Position numbers and translations under genes: made by a program. A stretch of DNA of 63,950 bases, counting the filler, from Hausera hauseri (lineage: Eukaryota), in the NCBI GenBank assembly GCA_046269625.1. It is 12 parts of 12 records of this genome, joined end to end, with 100 filler letters (N's around TTAATTAATTAA, not from the genome) between each part and the next. Parts side by side here need not be neighbours in the genome. Positions count along the whole stretch, not along the records: positions 49,628 to 54,323 come from JBJURY010471688.1; positions 54,424 to 59,752 come from JBJURY010278174.1; positions 59,853 to 63,950 come from JBJURY010764206.1; 9 more parts are not named here. One strand, written 5' to 3'. Below are positions 50,158-63,787 of the stretch, piece by piece. The notes beneath the pieces are model-generated. The model did not search any database and was not told the origin of the DNA. It was given only the letters and a program-made list of their open reading frames with translations. Position 1 is the stretch's first letter. Every line of letters begins with the position of its first letter.

Positions 50158-53100
50158 AACCCTACAAGCTCGACAGAAAGAATGCCTAATTGAATGCAGC
50201 ATGCATGTCGCATCAAAGCAGGTGGGTATCAAACCCAGTGTCGAATCGGCACTCGCTTATACCGCTTCTAATAAGCGATGAACACGCCACACACAACCAG
50301 GCGACTCAATAACAGCTCGCCAATAAACCTAACAATTTTAATTTGACACGGTTAGCGAGTCATTCCACAACCGCTGTCCCATTACGGAACTGGCATTTTC
50401 CACAACACCGTTGTGTCATTTTGTTTTCAGCTTTGACACAAAAACTCTCACGAGCAGACGAAACACCCCGTTTCTTAGTATTAATAGAAAATATGGTCTC
50501 CTCGGTTACACTAAATTTAGCTCAGTTCTACATATATTTCATTTCTAGAATTATTCGGAAATAAAATAAGCAAATCCGTCTACATTAATTAAATCTGAAA
50601 AGATTCTTTCTCATTTTAAGAAAAATAAATTTCCACGAAATTTAAATGGCAGAAATACGAGTGACAAGCATTCCGCATTGACGGACCATTTCTAAGAGAC
50701 CCACGTATTTTTACATCATATAACTAGCACTAATGTTATGTAAACCGCCCCTTCCCCTTCTTTTCCAATCCGAAAAATGTTCAAAATTCGATGATATTAC
50801 TCGTAACAAAGGTATGCACAAAAATCAACCCCTACCGGGTAGAAATTTAGGAAATGTGCTAAACTTATAATATTTACTGTAGACGAAATGAATCAACACC
50901 CGTGCATTCCCTCCTGCCCGAAAATGTGAAGCTATACGAAAAACGAATCTAAGAACAAAAGGCACAATAATATACAGCAAGTTTAAACATGAAAAACAAA
51001 AAATAATTATACTTCATAACAAATAACAGAATTCATTATTGAAAATACCACATAACATTGATAGCAATAAAATGAATACATCCAACAGACAGTCAGAAAA
51101 AGAAAACTTCGACTATTATCATAAAGTGGAAACCAATCAATTAATACAGATACAGCTAGAGTAAATTTAGACTAGATACAAAATAGGTAGACGATGCAGT
51201 ACAAGAAATATGCGTACATGAATTAACAAATCAAAATCATACAGAGTAGAGTATCGGTTAATGCAATTCGTTTTTAATGATGTATTTTTAACGCATCTCA
51301 TTTGTTTGTGGTGTATTTTACGAATGTTCAAATGTAACATTTTCTCATAATAGAACAATCGTTCGTCACCCATCAAGCTCTTGTGTCAACCATATCGTCG
51401 AGCTCTTATCGTTATACCACCAGATGACCATTCTTCTCTCTAAAATTGGAAATACTACATCACAAAAATTACAAAATATCCACAAACTCTTATTCCTGCA
51501 CAATGTATAGATGTTCGTAAGTACATTCTAAACAAAATATCGAATATGAAAACAATTTCATAAAAATACAAATTTGGAGTTGCACACACCGAAATCAAAA
51601 TACCCGAATAAACAAAGTTGCGATGAAAAATTTTCCAAATGAAAACAATTGCTTTCCGCATAAACATAAATATTTCCCGCATTTCAACAAATAATTTGGT
51701 GAAACTTCCTAAAAATTGTTACATTGAATAGACATGTTCATAGACATAAAAATTCTACTGTCCGTAAACAATTCGTATCATCGACCAGAGATCAATGACG
51801 AATGACCATTCCTGTTACAAAATCCCTTCCGGAGTATAGTCATGCAATCACATTTCATACGGATCTCCAAAATTAAAATCTGTTCCTGAAATATCGTAAT
51901 AACAAATGTAAACACCCTTTTGTTATCATCGCTGTCGGTACATTCAATTATAAATATACCTCACAAGAAACTTATAGCAAACTACACATTTTCGTCATCG
52001 CTAATAATCTTCGACTCACTTTCATTTAACGTAAAATTACATTTAACACAAATGCAGTTTTTCACGTTCAAATAATATACTCTCAGCATTTGAATAGAAT
52101 CAGACATATCTAGCGAAAACTAAAATAATGAATATTTAAACAAATATTTTAAAGACAAAGTTTTAATTGCCGCAGTTTTAATTATTACATGTTTCCGTCA
52201 CTTCAAGAAACATACAATGACAAAATATTGCATATAAAATCCCTATTTTCAAAAAATTCGTAAAATGTGAATCTGTTCACTTATATGCCAACTTGAAGGT
52301 TATCTGAATAAGTCAAAGGGCAGCTTAATAATTTTGGCAGTTATACAACATTGCCGCTCACACGCCAACCAAAAGTATTGTGTGTACAGGATAGAATGAG
52401 TACATTCTAAATGTGATTAAAAAAGACAATATACGACTAACAAATCCGGCAAATTAAATTTCTAAAATAACACATTTCGCGTTTTCTTGACGGCAGCTTC
52501 ACTTTCCCATCCGTGGGCATGACTACCCGAATGTGGATTACCGAACATATCCAAATAGTACGGAATCATTGCATTTAACACTCTCGGGTCCTACTTTAAG
52601 TCACCAATAATACATTTTTGAATACAAAAAATCTCAACTTACAACTGGTGTTGCCAAATTATCCAAATAAAGTAATCTAAGATTTGATGTTACATTGACT
52701 ACATGAAAAGTAGCATTATCGAAAAGAATTTATTTACCTGAAGACTTGCACATGTTTCGGCTAATGATGGATAAATAATTATGAAATTTAACAACGTTGA
52801 ACATAAAACAAATAAATCACAACTATCTTTAAATAATGTCGAGTTTATCAAAATATACAGAATTTACGAAAACAAATTGTACGCAAAGTACTGAGTATTT
52901 AAACAAAGATGATGAAATCAGGAACATTTTAAAAATATATAAAATCATAAAAGTAGGCTAAAACGAACAGTGTAGATTATAAAATAACGCATTTCAAAAT
53001 TTTTATGTAAATTATATAATTTAAATAGACGATATGTCTAACTTCATCTTGAGATCAGACAGTTAACAGTATGATTACATTAATTATAGACTGATTTCAT

Positions 53101-55420
53101 AAGCAAATGTACAAGTATTCAACAGCATTTTCTCATCATGCATGAACAGTTTTAATCTAATGAATATTATTAGCTACAATAATCCACAACTAGCACTTCG
53201 TAAAGGGTAAGAGTGAATAATAATTAACAAATGTTCAATTCTGACAAAGATAGCTCCTTTTATGAAAAATTAATTCGTTTTCAGTGTTTTGAAATTCTTG
53301 TTTTTTTCGAACAAGGGTTGTCAGACTTACAGAGTTTTTAATATCTTAAATGTCTTAAATTTTTTCAGTCTGAACAAAATATGCGTTCATGTATGTCTAA
53401 TGTAGGATAATAGGTAGAATTTATATGAATATTGAATGATTTTAATACAGGTATAAAAATAATTACAAAAATATTACATTTGTTACATTTTATGTGATAT
53501 AGGTATATAGTATTTAACAGGTGCAACTTAAGAGCTACTTAAAAATTATTTCTGACAAAAATTACGTTTTAAATGAATACTTCGCGATTTATAAATTGAA
53601 AAACACTGTTCTACATTTATCTTGGACTATGGCATACTTGTCAGATTCCGTATGAAAATGCGGGACAAAATCCGTACGTACGAATCTGTCTCAGTCATGA
53701 AAATAATTTTCGAATTTAACTGATGAGAAATAATTCAATTTTTTCCAAAAATGCAATACCTCACAAAACGAATGTGAAAGTGTGCATGAAATATACGTAC
53801 ATATTTTGTATTCAAGATGCAAGAACTAGACCATTTGATTAATTCAATAAAAAACTCTAACTACATTTGAAAATTCCAAAAAAATTCAAATTACGTCAAA
53901 TCAAAACTTAGTTATTTAAACTTAAAAATTAAAATGTTTTAATTTTTATCTTTTCAGGCGAGGGAGCCTTGTAAGGTTCCACCTTACAAATAGAATAAAT
54001 TCAAAATCTCAAAATATAAATAAAACCACGAATTAAAAAAATTTTTTCCGTGAAAACAAAATTTCGAATAACAATTTAAATTTCTAAACAAAATTTGTAA
54101 TAACAAAATTTAAAATATAAAATTCCCAATTCAAATTCACAGACCTGGTCAATAAAAAATATAAAACCAACAGCAAACAATATCTAAAATCAGTATAAAA
54201 TCACGGATTCACCAAACTAACAAAATATCACAATATAAAAGCATACAAATTAAAATTAAAAATCGGGATTACAAGTGCTGAAGTGACCAGCACTTGTAAC
54301 AACCTAAAAAATTAATCAACAATNNNNNNNNNNNNNNNNNNNNNNNNNNNNNNNNNNNNNNNNNNNNTTAATTAATTAANNNNNNNNNNNNNNNNNNNNN
54401 NNNNNNNNNNNNNNNNNNNNNNNAAAATGCGCCCCGCCACGAGAGCTCCATTCGAGAATTCGGGGAAATCAAGACAGCGGTTAGACGCATATGCCCATCA
54501 GACCCCTCTCAGTATCCGCGCAAGTCCAATCCACAAACTGCAAAATTCCCCACACCCTCCCGGTTCACATCCTGGAACTCAAACCGCGCGCTCATGTCAG
54601 CAACCGAACACTGATAATGAGGTGTGCACCAGAGGAGGCCTATGCAAATGCACTGCATGTGCCAACACACTCAAGTCACAAGAATGGCCCAGGACGCGTC
54701 GGAATGGAGCTTATCCGTTCAGCAATCCGATTACACCAGCGACAGCCACACCCCAGAGGAGGGCGTGCCTCACGCAGGCGCCTGTCACTAGTTGTCAGTG
54801 TGGGGAGTTTCATGCGCAGCCACCTTCGACAGATGCGTGTTCAGAAAGTCAATGCACATGCGCACCCGAGCCCTGCCCCGTGGCCGACGCTAGGGCAACA
54901 GGATCGCCGACGCCATTGTAGCAGACACACGGCAGTTCCAGGGCACTGACAAACGGCACCTCAACAATCAAAACGGCGGTTGGCATTCTCTTGCCCTGGC
55001 CGCGTCAAATGACACTGTTTTTTTTTTTTCGTGCTTCTAGCACGCGCAGTTGTGACACACATGACATTCGCCCTAGTAATTCATGGCCACGCCAGTCAAC
55101 AATAGTTAGCAGTGGAGTTTCACACTCATCCCCCCCCATCTTATGTAAAAACAAGGCCGCTGACAACATCACCGCAGCACTGGAAACAATAAACTAGAAA
55201 AAAAATAAAAAAGAAAACACTCCGGGAACACAGCATGAAGATTATGGGACAAACATGGAGAGATGGGCTCTTGTCTCAAATCTGTAATCTACTAACAGCG
55301 CGCCGGTCTTGAAGGAATAAGAAAAATTATAAACTAAGTAAACCAATAAATTATAAAACTAAGAAAGAAAATTGTTAAGAGAAATTTTGCAAGTCTATGG
55401 GAGTGTGCTACTTCAGGAAT

Positions 55421-58400
55421 TTATACGCCTCCTATGTTATATTCTATTCGACGTTCCAGAAGTCCAGGGCATAATAAACGATGGTTTGTAGTTTCTTCAC
55501 AGTGATGATTTGCTGTAACAGTCGAAGGTTGTATTTGTGCGCGGCAACTCATCTTATGTCTGCTGAGGTGCTGTTTATATGTGAAGGTCCTTTGACAGAT
55601 CTCACAGGCAAGCATCTACACAGGAGTTGGGACAGTAGTATTTTTCCCTGGGCTTTGATCAATAATAGTAACTCCAGGATATTTTAATCTTATGTGTCTT
55701 ACAAGACCGGACCAAGCCGTATACTGGTTATCACAAACGGTGCAACGAAATGAATTTGCGTTCGCAGTGGTCACTTGTGATATAGGAGTGACGTCAATGC
55801 AAATTTTTTTTTTAGAAGGTTGAGGGGTGTCTGGGTCTACAGAGCGAGAACTAGAGTATGGCCTTGTAGTAGAATGACGTGTTGTCTCAGATGCGTGGAT
55901 AGCTTTCATATGTATATCTAGTGAAGCTTTGTGCGTATAACCCTTATCGCACTGAGGGCAAGGAAAAGGTCTCTGGATTTCTCTTGCAACTGGCCTAGCC
56001 AAAACAGGTATTGTCACGTTAGATTGAGAACCACACAACAACGCAGGGGTGGGTGATTGAACAGGCGGGACAACTTGAGTGAGGTGGCGGCAGGGATGAC
56101 GGGGCGGTTGATTGGCCTCGCAATCGGATACTGTAGCTACATTAATCTCCCTGCCTCTCTTAGAAGCGTTCTTGTCTAACCTTGCTTGTTCTCTAAGCCT
56201 CGCCTCATATTCTGGAGTGTGAGATGTTTTCGTGTGGCGACTCACCCAACCTTTTGTCGTGTAACTTGTTGCGCAAACAGGGCACAGAAAGCGCCCCTTC
56301 TCATCGCGTGAATAACCCATTAATGTGATATCTCTGTTGCCATGAATAACCGCCAAATTTGGTCTTGAACTCTTATCATTAGGTGGTTCCGGAGGAGGTC
56401 TAATAGTTGTAAACACAGAAGGTGAAGTATTAAGTGTCGGACAGCAGAAAAGGGCAGCATGTGCAGCTCTCATGTGCAGAATGAGACTTTTAGAGTCGCT
56501 GAAGGACCTCAGACAATGCGGGCAGAAGTGAGATGTGTTATCAATCCTCAAAGCTACTGGACATCTTTTAACAACTGCTCGCGCCTCATCTCTGACAAAA
56601 CCATGTAGTCGCACCATGTGAGTGACTGTGGCATCTCTATTGTTGAAATTAATTTTGCACACAGGGCAGTCAACTGGATCTCTGGCTCTCGCAAAGGAGT
56701 GTGTCGATGGCGGTATCATCGGGTTTTCAGTTGGCGCTTGAGCACTGGTAAGCGGGGCCTGGGGTGTGGAGCAGAACCGACATTTCTCAGGCATCTTTGA
56801 ATTGAGCGTGCGCGCTAACCAGCCAAACTTTGATGATGTGCCACAACGGAATTGAGCCAGTGTACATTCTTCCTCTCTAGTAAGATCTGCAGATGGCGGG
56901 GTTGACTTCCAACTATCTAGCAACTTGGACCGGCGCGTATCTTCATAATGTCTCGCTGATCTAATCTTGCGAGAACAGGCGCTCAGTATGTCTGGAATCC
57001 AAGTGTTGCAGTCTTGGGGTAGTGTTCGTGCCTCATTAGCCAGGGCATCAACATGATCATTACGCTCAACACCACAATGAGAATATAGAAATTGCAGCCG
57101 AATTCGTAGTCCTCTATTGCGCAAATGTAGCAAACATTTCCATATGTCACTGACTGTGTGACTTTCTGTTGCATCAGGTCCTTGCTTTAGGGACATCAAC
57201 AATGATTGCGAGTCTGTATAGATGGTGAGTCTCCGACGATGCATAGAAATAGGGAGACTTAATTCCATCAGTCCTCTAAGACCAATAAGCATTGCGACGC
57301 ACTCTGCACGATAGCTGCAGGCAAGAACTCCAGCACCTCTGGAGAATTGTTTCACTAATTTGCCGTTGCAGTATAAAACGGCTGCCGCACCAGAACTGTT
57401 CATCATAATCGTCGATCCGTCTGTCCATAGTTCAAGGTCCGGTTTCTTCCTCTTAAAGTAGTCTGCAAAAAAGACACTATGTTTTTCCTGCAGTGTTGGC
57501 GTTTGTGAAACACCCTTAAGTGTTGTAGCAATCGATACTTTGCTAACAGCACTTTTTTGGCTATAGGGCATTGAAAAACTAGGCCCTTCTAATATGGAAT
57601 GATATGGTGGAAGGCTGTTCAGAAGTCGCCACGCTGGGTGGTCCTGTTCGAAGACATCCTGGCAAACCTGCCACCTCAACCCGCCTTTTATTTTGCAGGA
57701 AAGAATGTACTTAACACATCTAAGAGTTACTACTTCCTCCAATGGAGGTAACCGTGCTTCAGCTAGGGCATCCTGTAGATTTGTAGGGCCTGGGAGACCA
57801 GCAATGATCTTGGCGGCTTTACCCTGCAGGACTTCCATCTTCTTAGTGGCTGTAGGACAAGCAAGTGTCCACCACGCTTCGGCGCCATATAACAGTCGAC
57901 TGCGAATTAGCGCCAAATAGAAAGTCCGCAAGGTATCGCTTTTGGCCCCCCACGTTCGTCCTGTGATTGCTGTTAATTTCTGCAGCTGTTGCTGACTATC
58001 AGCCATTACGCGGAGGGTATGGGAACTACAACGACGATAAGTCTGTACCTGCAAGCCAAGCAATTTTGGCTGTCTATCCTCACTTATGCGTTTGTTCCCG
58101 CACATCAAGACCAAAGGGTTAGTAGTCTTGGAGCCAAATAAACTATATAATGTCTTTGTAGCATTGACTTCCATAAAATACTCCTTTGACCATTCTACTA
58201 CTACATTAATACCTAGCTGAAGAGTGTGCTGTATGTGATCCCTGTTAGAATCACGGCAAATCAACGTCAAATCATCTGCATATAGACCATGCATCAAACC
58301 ATTCACCGCGTGTAGACGTCGACTGAGTGAGTCCATCACGATGATGAAGAGATATGGTCCAAGTACCGATCCCTGTGGAACACCACAAGTAAATGTGGCT

Positions 58401-59752
58401 GCCGGAGAATATTTCTTGCCAACGCGTACTCTCGTACGGCGATCAAAAAGAAAGTCCGCTATCCAGCGAACCAACGAGTTTGGGACATCAAAATGTTGCA
58501 GTTCTTTGATAATCATGCCATGGTCAACAGTGTCAAAAGCCCGTGAAAAGTCTATCAGCACGGCACCTGTTCGCTCCGTGCTACTATCTCGGAGGAGACT
58601 AAAATGTAGATGTGTTAATTGATCGACTGTCGATCTACATGGACGAAAACCTGACTGTTGATCAGTCAGTTTTCCTTCAATGTGTGCGCGCAGTCGAGAC
58701 ACCACAATGCGTTCCATTACTTTACAGACATTGCTTGTTAGTGTGATGAGGCGGGACGATTGTAACTCCGATTCAGAGTGTTTAGGCTTCAGAATTGGTA
58801 TAATATCACCCTTCTTCCAGCAATGCGGGACAAATCCAGTTCGCGGGTTCTTATTGAAGAGCTTCAAAAGTAATTTCTGACTAGCACCAGTTAAATTCTT
58901 GAGGCATTCAGAGTGGATACCATCTGGGCCAGATGATGTGCCAGTCGATAACTGCGATGTTGCCGTCCGCAACTCATAAATGGAGACCGGAATAAAATCA
59001 TCACCCATAGGTTCACGCTTCAGTAATGGCACATGTCTCGCTTTGGTGGGCCTCTTTAAATACATTCTTAGTATATGAGTGGCATTTTGTCTTGCGGTCA
59101 ACACGTTGCCATCAACCACAACCGCAGGGGATTTGAGTGTTTGCGGTTTGTTGATCATAGAAATCGTTCTCCAGCTGGACTTATTACTGGAAGTCATAGA
59201 GGAGCATAACTTCTGACATTTGGTAGATGCTACCTGCAATAACTGTTTGTGACTCTCAATAATAAGTCTCTGTCGTTCCGCAACAATCTGCTCTTTTTTA
59301 ATCAACTTTTCTAGCTCATCTAATTCTGCAGTCCAATAGACTGGTGCATTTCTAGCGCCATGTGGGACTGCTCGGGAGACATTTTGACGTATTGCCGAGC
59401 TAAACTTATTTGCTANNNNNNNNNNACTTCCTGAGGTTACCCTTGACCTCAGAATTGAAAGTTGGCCAGTCAGCTTTGCACCACAAATATAATGGGCGAC
59501 TAGGCCGAGCACAGACAACAGGGGTATCATCATCCCCAACAACAACTTCAAACAAAATGATGCAATGATCACTGTCAAAACTTTGGATTGCCTGCCCATT
59601 TACAATTTCGCAATCTTTGTATAGCGTGACATCTGGTGACGACTTTGGCCCTCCATGAGGAGCTGTCCGCGTATGAGAGCCATCATTGGCAATCACATAC
59701 TGATTAGCCCCACACCATTCAAAAAAAGTATTACCACTAGGATCAGGAGGAA
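55421..59752 (-). mobile_element. Ingi/L1Tc-clade non-LTR retrotransposon: APE (partial), RT, RNase H, zinc-finger array
   Basis: NDGSHTR..SSPDVT..SDH (APE); QSGFR, DFSRAFD, GVPQGSVLGP, YADD (RT); WTDGS, YTDSQS, SHCGVERND (RNase H); six C2H2/C2HC fingers; one premature TAG at 55616-55618. Confidence 0.95.
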
Positions 59753-60179
59753 NNNNNNNNNNNNNNNNNNNNNNNNNNNNNNNNNNNNNNNNNNNNTTAA
59801 TTAATTAANNNNNNNNNNNNNNNNNNNNNNNNNNNNNNNNNNNNNNNNNNNNTTAACCCAATCAATAAGTGAGGCAGTACATGGTGATATGGCAATATAT
59901 TTCATTATTTCCAAAATCACTTCAACGAATGGTGAATTTTTTAATTGTGTTCTTCAAAATAATTTGTTGATTTTTAGATGTGCAAACTTTACAGCGAATG
60001 ATTGGCTCAAATCCACGAGCCTGAAAAATACCACAGTATTATGAATAAGTTCAGGGTTCAGTATTATATATGTCCTACATGTAGGTAGTGTGCCAAATCA
60101 AGTATGAAGACTTTACAATGTCCATAAACAGCACTTGATTTCCTTCACCAAGTTGAAAAAATAAATATTCAGTACCAGT

Positions 60180-63162
60180 ATGCCAATAACGACTTTCGTG
60201 CCGAAGGAAAATCAAAGATGCAGTTCATATGTGTATTGCACATGTATGATACACAACCCTCAGAATTGCCAAAATACCATGAGGAGCTATTATGGCCACA
60301 AATACAATAGGATCATCTATTATATCTGCCCAGGATGTGAGGCTGTTTGTGATAGAGAATACATACAGTTGTATGAAGATCACAAACATCATTTGACTTG
60401 CTTTGCATCAAAGTCAAAGAATACCATCTTTAATGAACATAAGCCAATTGCAACACAGGCTGCAGTACCACAACCTGCAGTACAGCCAGATGCAGGACTA
60501 AAACGCGCATCAGGCGCATCAGGCGTAGCGGCTCCATCAAAGAATCAAAGACAGCGGCCAGTTGCTACTGCAGCATTAAAGAGGAAATTCTGCAAATGTC
60601 ATTGATGGAACTAGTCAAACAATAATCAAGGAGTTCCTGGAGTACACAGAAGAAGAAACAGAGGGGATTCTCCAGGGCAACATAGCTGAGCTCAAGGCCA
60701 TCAAGGTTAATATGAAACTTGAGGCCACATACGTCAATGTTGATGCCGAGGAGTCCAAAAGGATTTTCAAGACCAGAAATAGACCCATTTTTGAAGCCAC
60801 CAATATAGTAGAATGGCTGCATGAAGAGCATGCAAAGCTAATCCGTGAAGCTGATGAGAGCCAGAGTAAGAAGAGCGGATTGACTCTTGCAACCATCAAG
60901 AGATTGTTTGTGTATGTTCACAAGTACTCTCCAATGCGGGGCAGTTTTTCTATTCAGCTTCCGGAATGGATCGCTAATAAAAAAGCATGTGTCAATGTCC
61001 ATAATAATGACAACAAGTGTTTCATGTATGCCATTCTATCAAAATTTGTACCGGATCGAAAACATGCAGCAGATCGAGTTTGGCTATATAATATTCTGAA
61101 GCACAACTATGACATCCAATGCATCACATTCCCTCCATCTTTAGATGAATTTAAGACGTCCAGCTAAATCAACAACATATACATAAACATCATTGGATTG
61201 GATAAGGTAAACAAATTTTATCCCCTGCAGATATGATACTGAATTAAAAGATCATAGGGATCTGCTCCTACTAGACGATTGAGAAAAGAAACATTATGTT
61301 TGGATCATGAACTTTGAGCATCTAGTCAGTTCCCAAATTACGAAGCATGTGGACCGCATCAGACTTCGCTTCATTGATAGCTTTCGCTTCATGAACTCGT
61401 CACTGGACAGTTTAGTGAAGAATATACCTGCAGAAGAACTCAATGAGACGAAGCGGTTCTTCCTCACTGCATTTGACCTCGTCAAGTGGAAAGGCGTGTT
61501 TTCTTATGACTACATAACCTCATGGGAAACACTGCATGAGATCTCATTTCCGGATAAGAAGGACTCTTACAATATACTCTCTGATTCCGATATCAGTGTT
61601 GCTGACTACTAGCATGCCCAGAATGTTTGGCATGCATTCCAATGACGAACATTAGGGGAATACAGCGACATATACCTTAAGACGGACGTGCTGCTTCTGA
61701 AAGATGTCTTTGAAAGTTCCGGGCATGTCACAATGAAGAACCATGCTTTGGATCCGGCTCATTTCTTTACGGCTCCAGGGATGAGATAAACAGCTATGCT
61801 GAAACATACCGACATAAGGCTGCAGATCATTAAGGATTACGACATGATCCTTATGATCGAGACAGGCATTATAGGCGGAATATGCCACGCCATTCAGCGG
61901 TATAGCGAGGCCAACAACATGTATATGGCCCAGTATGAACCATCCAAGGAATCCTCATATTTATCATACCTGGATGCCAACAACTTGTATGGATATGCAA
62001 TGAGCGCCCATTGCCATATGATAACTTCAGATGGATCGAGAATCCTGAAAACATCCCTATATTGGACCTAGATCCCACTGGAAATACGGGCTACATACTG
62101 GAGTGGATATGGAATATTCTACTTCCATCCACGTAAGGCATCAACAGCTGCCTTTTTTCCCTGAGAGCAGGCCTCCGCCGCATGTAAAGCAGAGAAAGCT
62201 GCTCTGCCATCTGGGTAATAGGGAGAGGTATGTAGTTCATTACATCAATGTCCAGTAGGCAGTTAGACATGGACTTCGTATTACCAAGATCCATAGAGCC
62301 CTGCAGTTCAGCCAGTCCATGTGGCTGCAGCCCTACAAAGATCTCAATACCAAGCTGCGAACAAATGCCAAGAACGATTTTGAGAAGGATCATTTCAAGC
62401 TTTACAACAATTCGGTCTTTGGTAAGACCATGGAGAATATCTGGAACGGGATCAACATTGAACTGCTATGTAACTGGAAGCGAGCAAAGAAGCTTATTTC
62501 CAAGCTTAACTTCCACAGCAGCATCATATATGCTGAGAACTTGGTCAGTATCCATATGCTGAAAACATCCTTGGTATTCAACAAGCCCATATATGTGGGC
62601 AAGGCGATCCTCGAACTGTCAAAGACCCTTATGTATCATTTCAACTACGACATCATGGTTTACAAGTTCACGTCCATGCAGCTGGTGTATATGGATTATG
62701 ATAGTTTCATCTATCAGTTACATACAGAGGACATTTATGAGGACTTTGCCCAGTTGGCAGAGCATACGGATACCTCGGTCTATCCGAAGGATCATCCCAA
62801 TTATTCAGTTGCCAAAAAGTGTTATTTGGAAATTCAAAAACGAGGTGAATGTGGCAATAATATCGAGATTTGTGGCTCTCAGATCTAAAATATATGCCCT
62901 AGACGTATGCGGTCAAATAAGGAAGCGGGCAAAAAGGGTTTAAAGGGCTACATTGGCCAAGAAGATCAGTTTTCTAGACTATGTGACAGTTCTGCAGGAG
63001 CAGACTCACATTATATCGGAAATGAAAAGAATCCAATCTAGGGATCATAACACCCAAACTGTTACCTTAGAGAAGAAAAGCCTAGATCGGATAGATGACA
63101 AGAGGCAGATCCTCAGCGATGGAATCCACACACTACCTCACAAGCATGTGGCATTATTGTAA
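60180..63162 (+). pseudogene. Second protein-primed PolB (Polinton/adintovirus), decayed and internally deleted
   Basis: LPEWIANKKACVNVHNNDNKCFMYAIL, RFIDSFRFM, KGVFSYDY, YLDANNLYGYAM, KLYNNSVFGKTMEN, YMDYDS (D-T-D-S motif decayed), LRSKIY, DDKR. Confidence 0.94.
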
Positions 63163-63321
63163 CTATGTACATATTGTTATTCTTTGTTATTCTTTGTTCA
63201 ATAAATGTCGTATAGAAATATCGTGTTGCCTTCTTGATCAAGTAATGTGAGATATAGGATAATGCCAAGTAAAACTAAGTAACTACTATATAGGATTAGA
63301 ACAACTAATTTCATAACACAT

Positions 63322-63787
63322 TTATTTAGTAATAATATAACTTTGACATAACGTTAAACACTTTTTATGTGCACAATGTGAACCATGTTTACGATAAATA
63401 CATGTAATGTTCTTTGGTATATGCACATATTCGCTATTAAATGTGCTATTAAATATCTTCTTCTTTCGCCCATCAGCATGATCTTTCACATAGAACATGG
63501 ATTCACTCATATCACACATATTCCCAATATCTCGCATAAGGCAATCTCTGCAAAACTGGGTATTATTTTCTTTCCAAGTCAGTTTGTGATGATGGTTTGT
63601 CTGTGCAACAAAGCAGTGTAAGCCTAAAAATAGCATAAATCACATGTACTATACTAAAATTCACTTACGCAAATATATAATGTAGTGGGTGAAACATATT
63701 ATCCACTTGCATTATACATAGCTCCTTTATGTTGTATTCATTATTATTATTTACAAATCCCTCTAAGTTAATAAATACGGTAGACAT
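63322..63787 (-). pseudogene. Polinton/Maverick accessory DEDD/DnaQ-like protein
   Basis: VFINLEGF..YNIKELCI, HHKLTW, FYVK, C...H..HCA pattern of the common Maverick accessory exonuclease-like family (from recall). Confidence 0.6.

Noticed and set aside
54427-54949. Overlapping 164-aa and 152-aa ORFs
   Set aside because: Expected by chance in GC-rich sequence; no recognisable motif.
59426-59599. N-terminal 58 aa of the 1327-aa ORF as a signal or TM segment
   Set aside because: Wrong frame caused by the N gap; the true upstream frame is ORF 59406-59696 (APE motifs).
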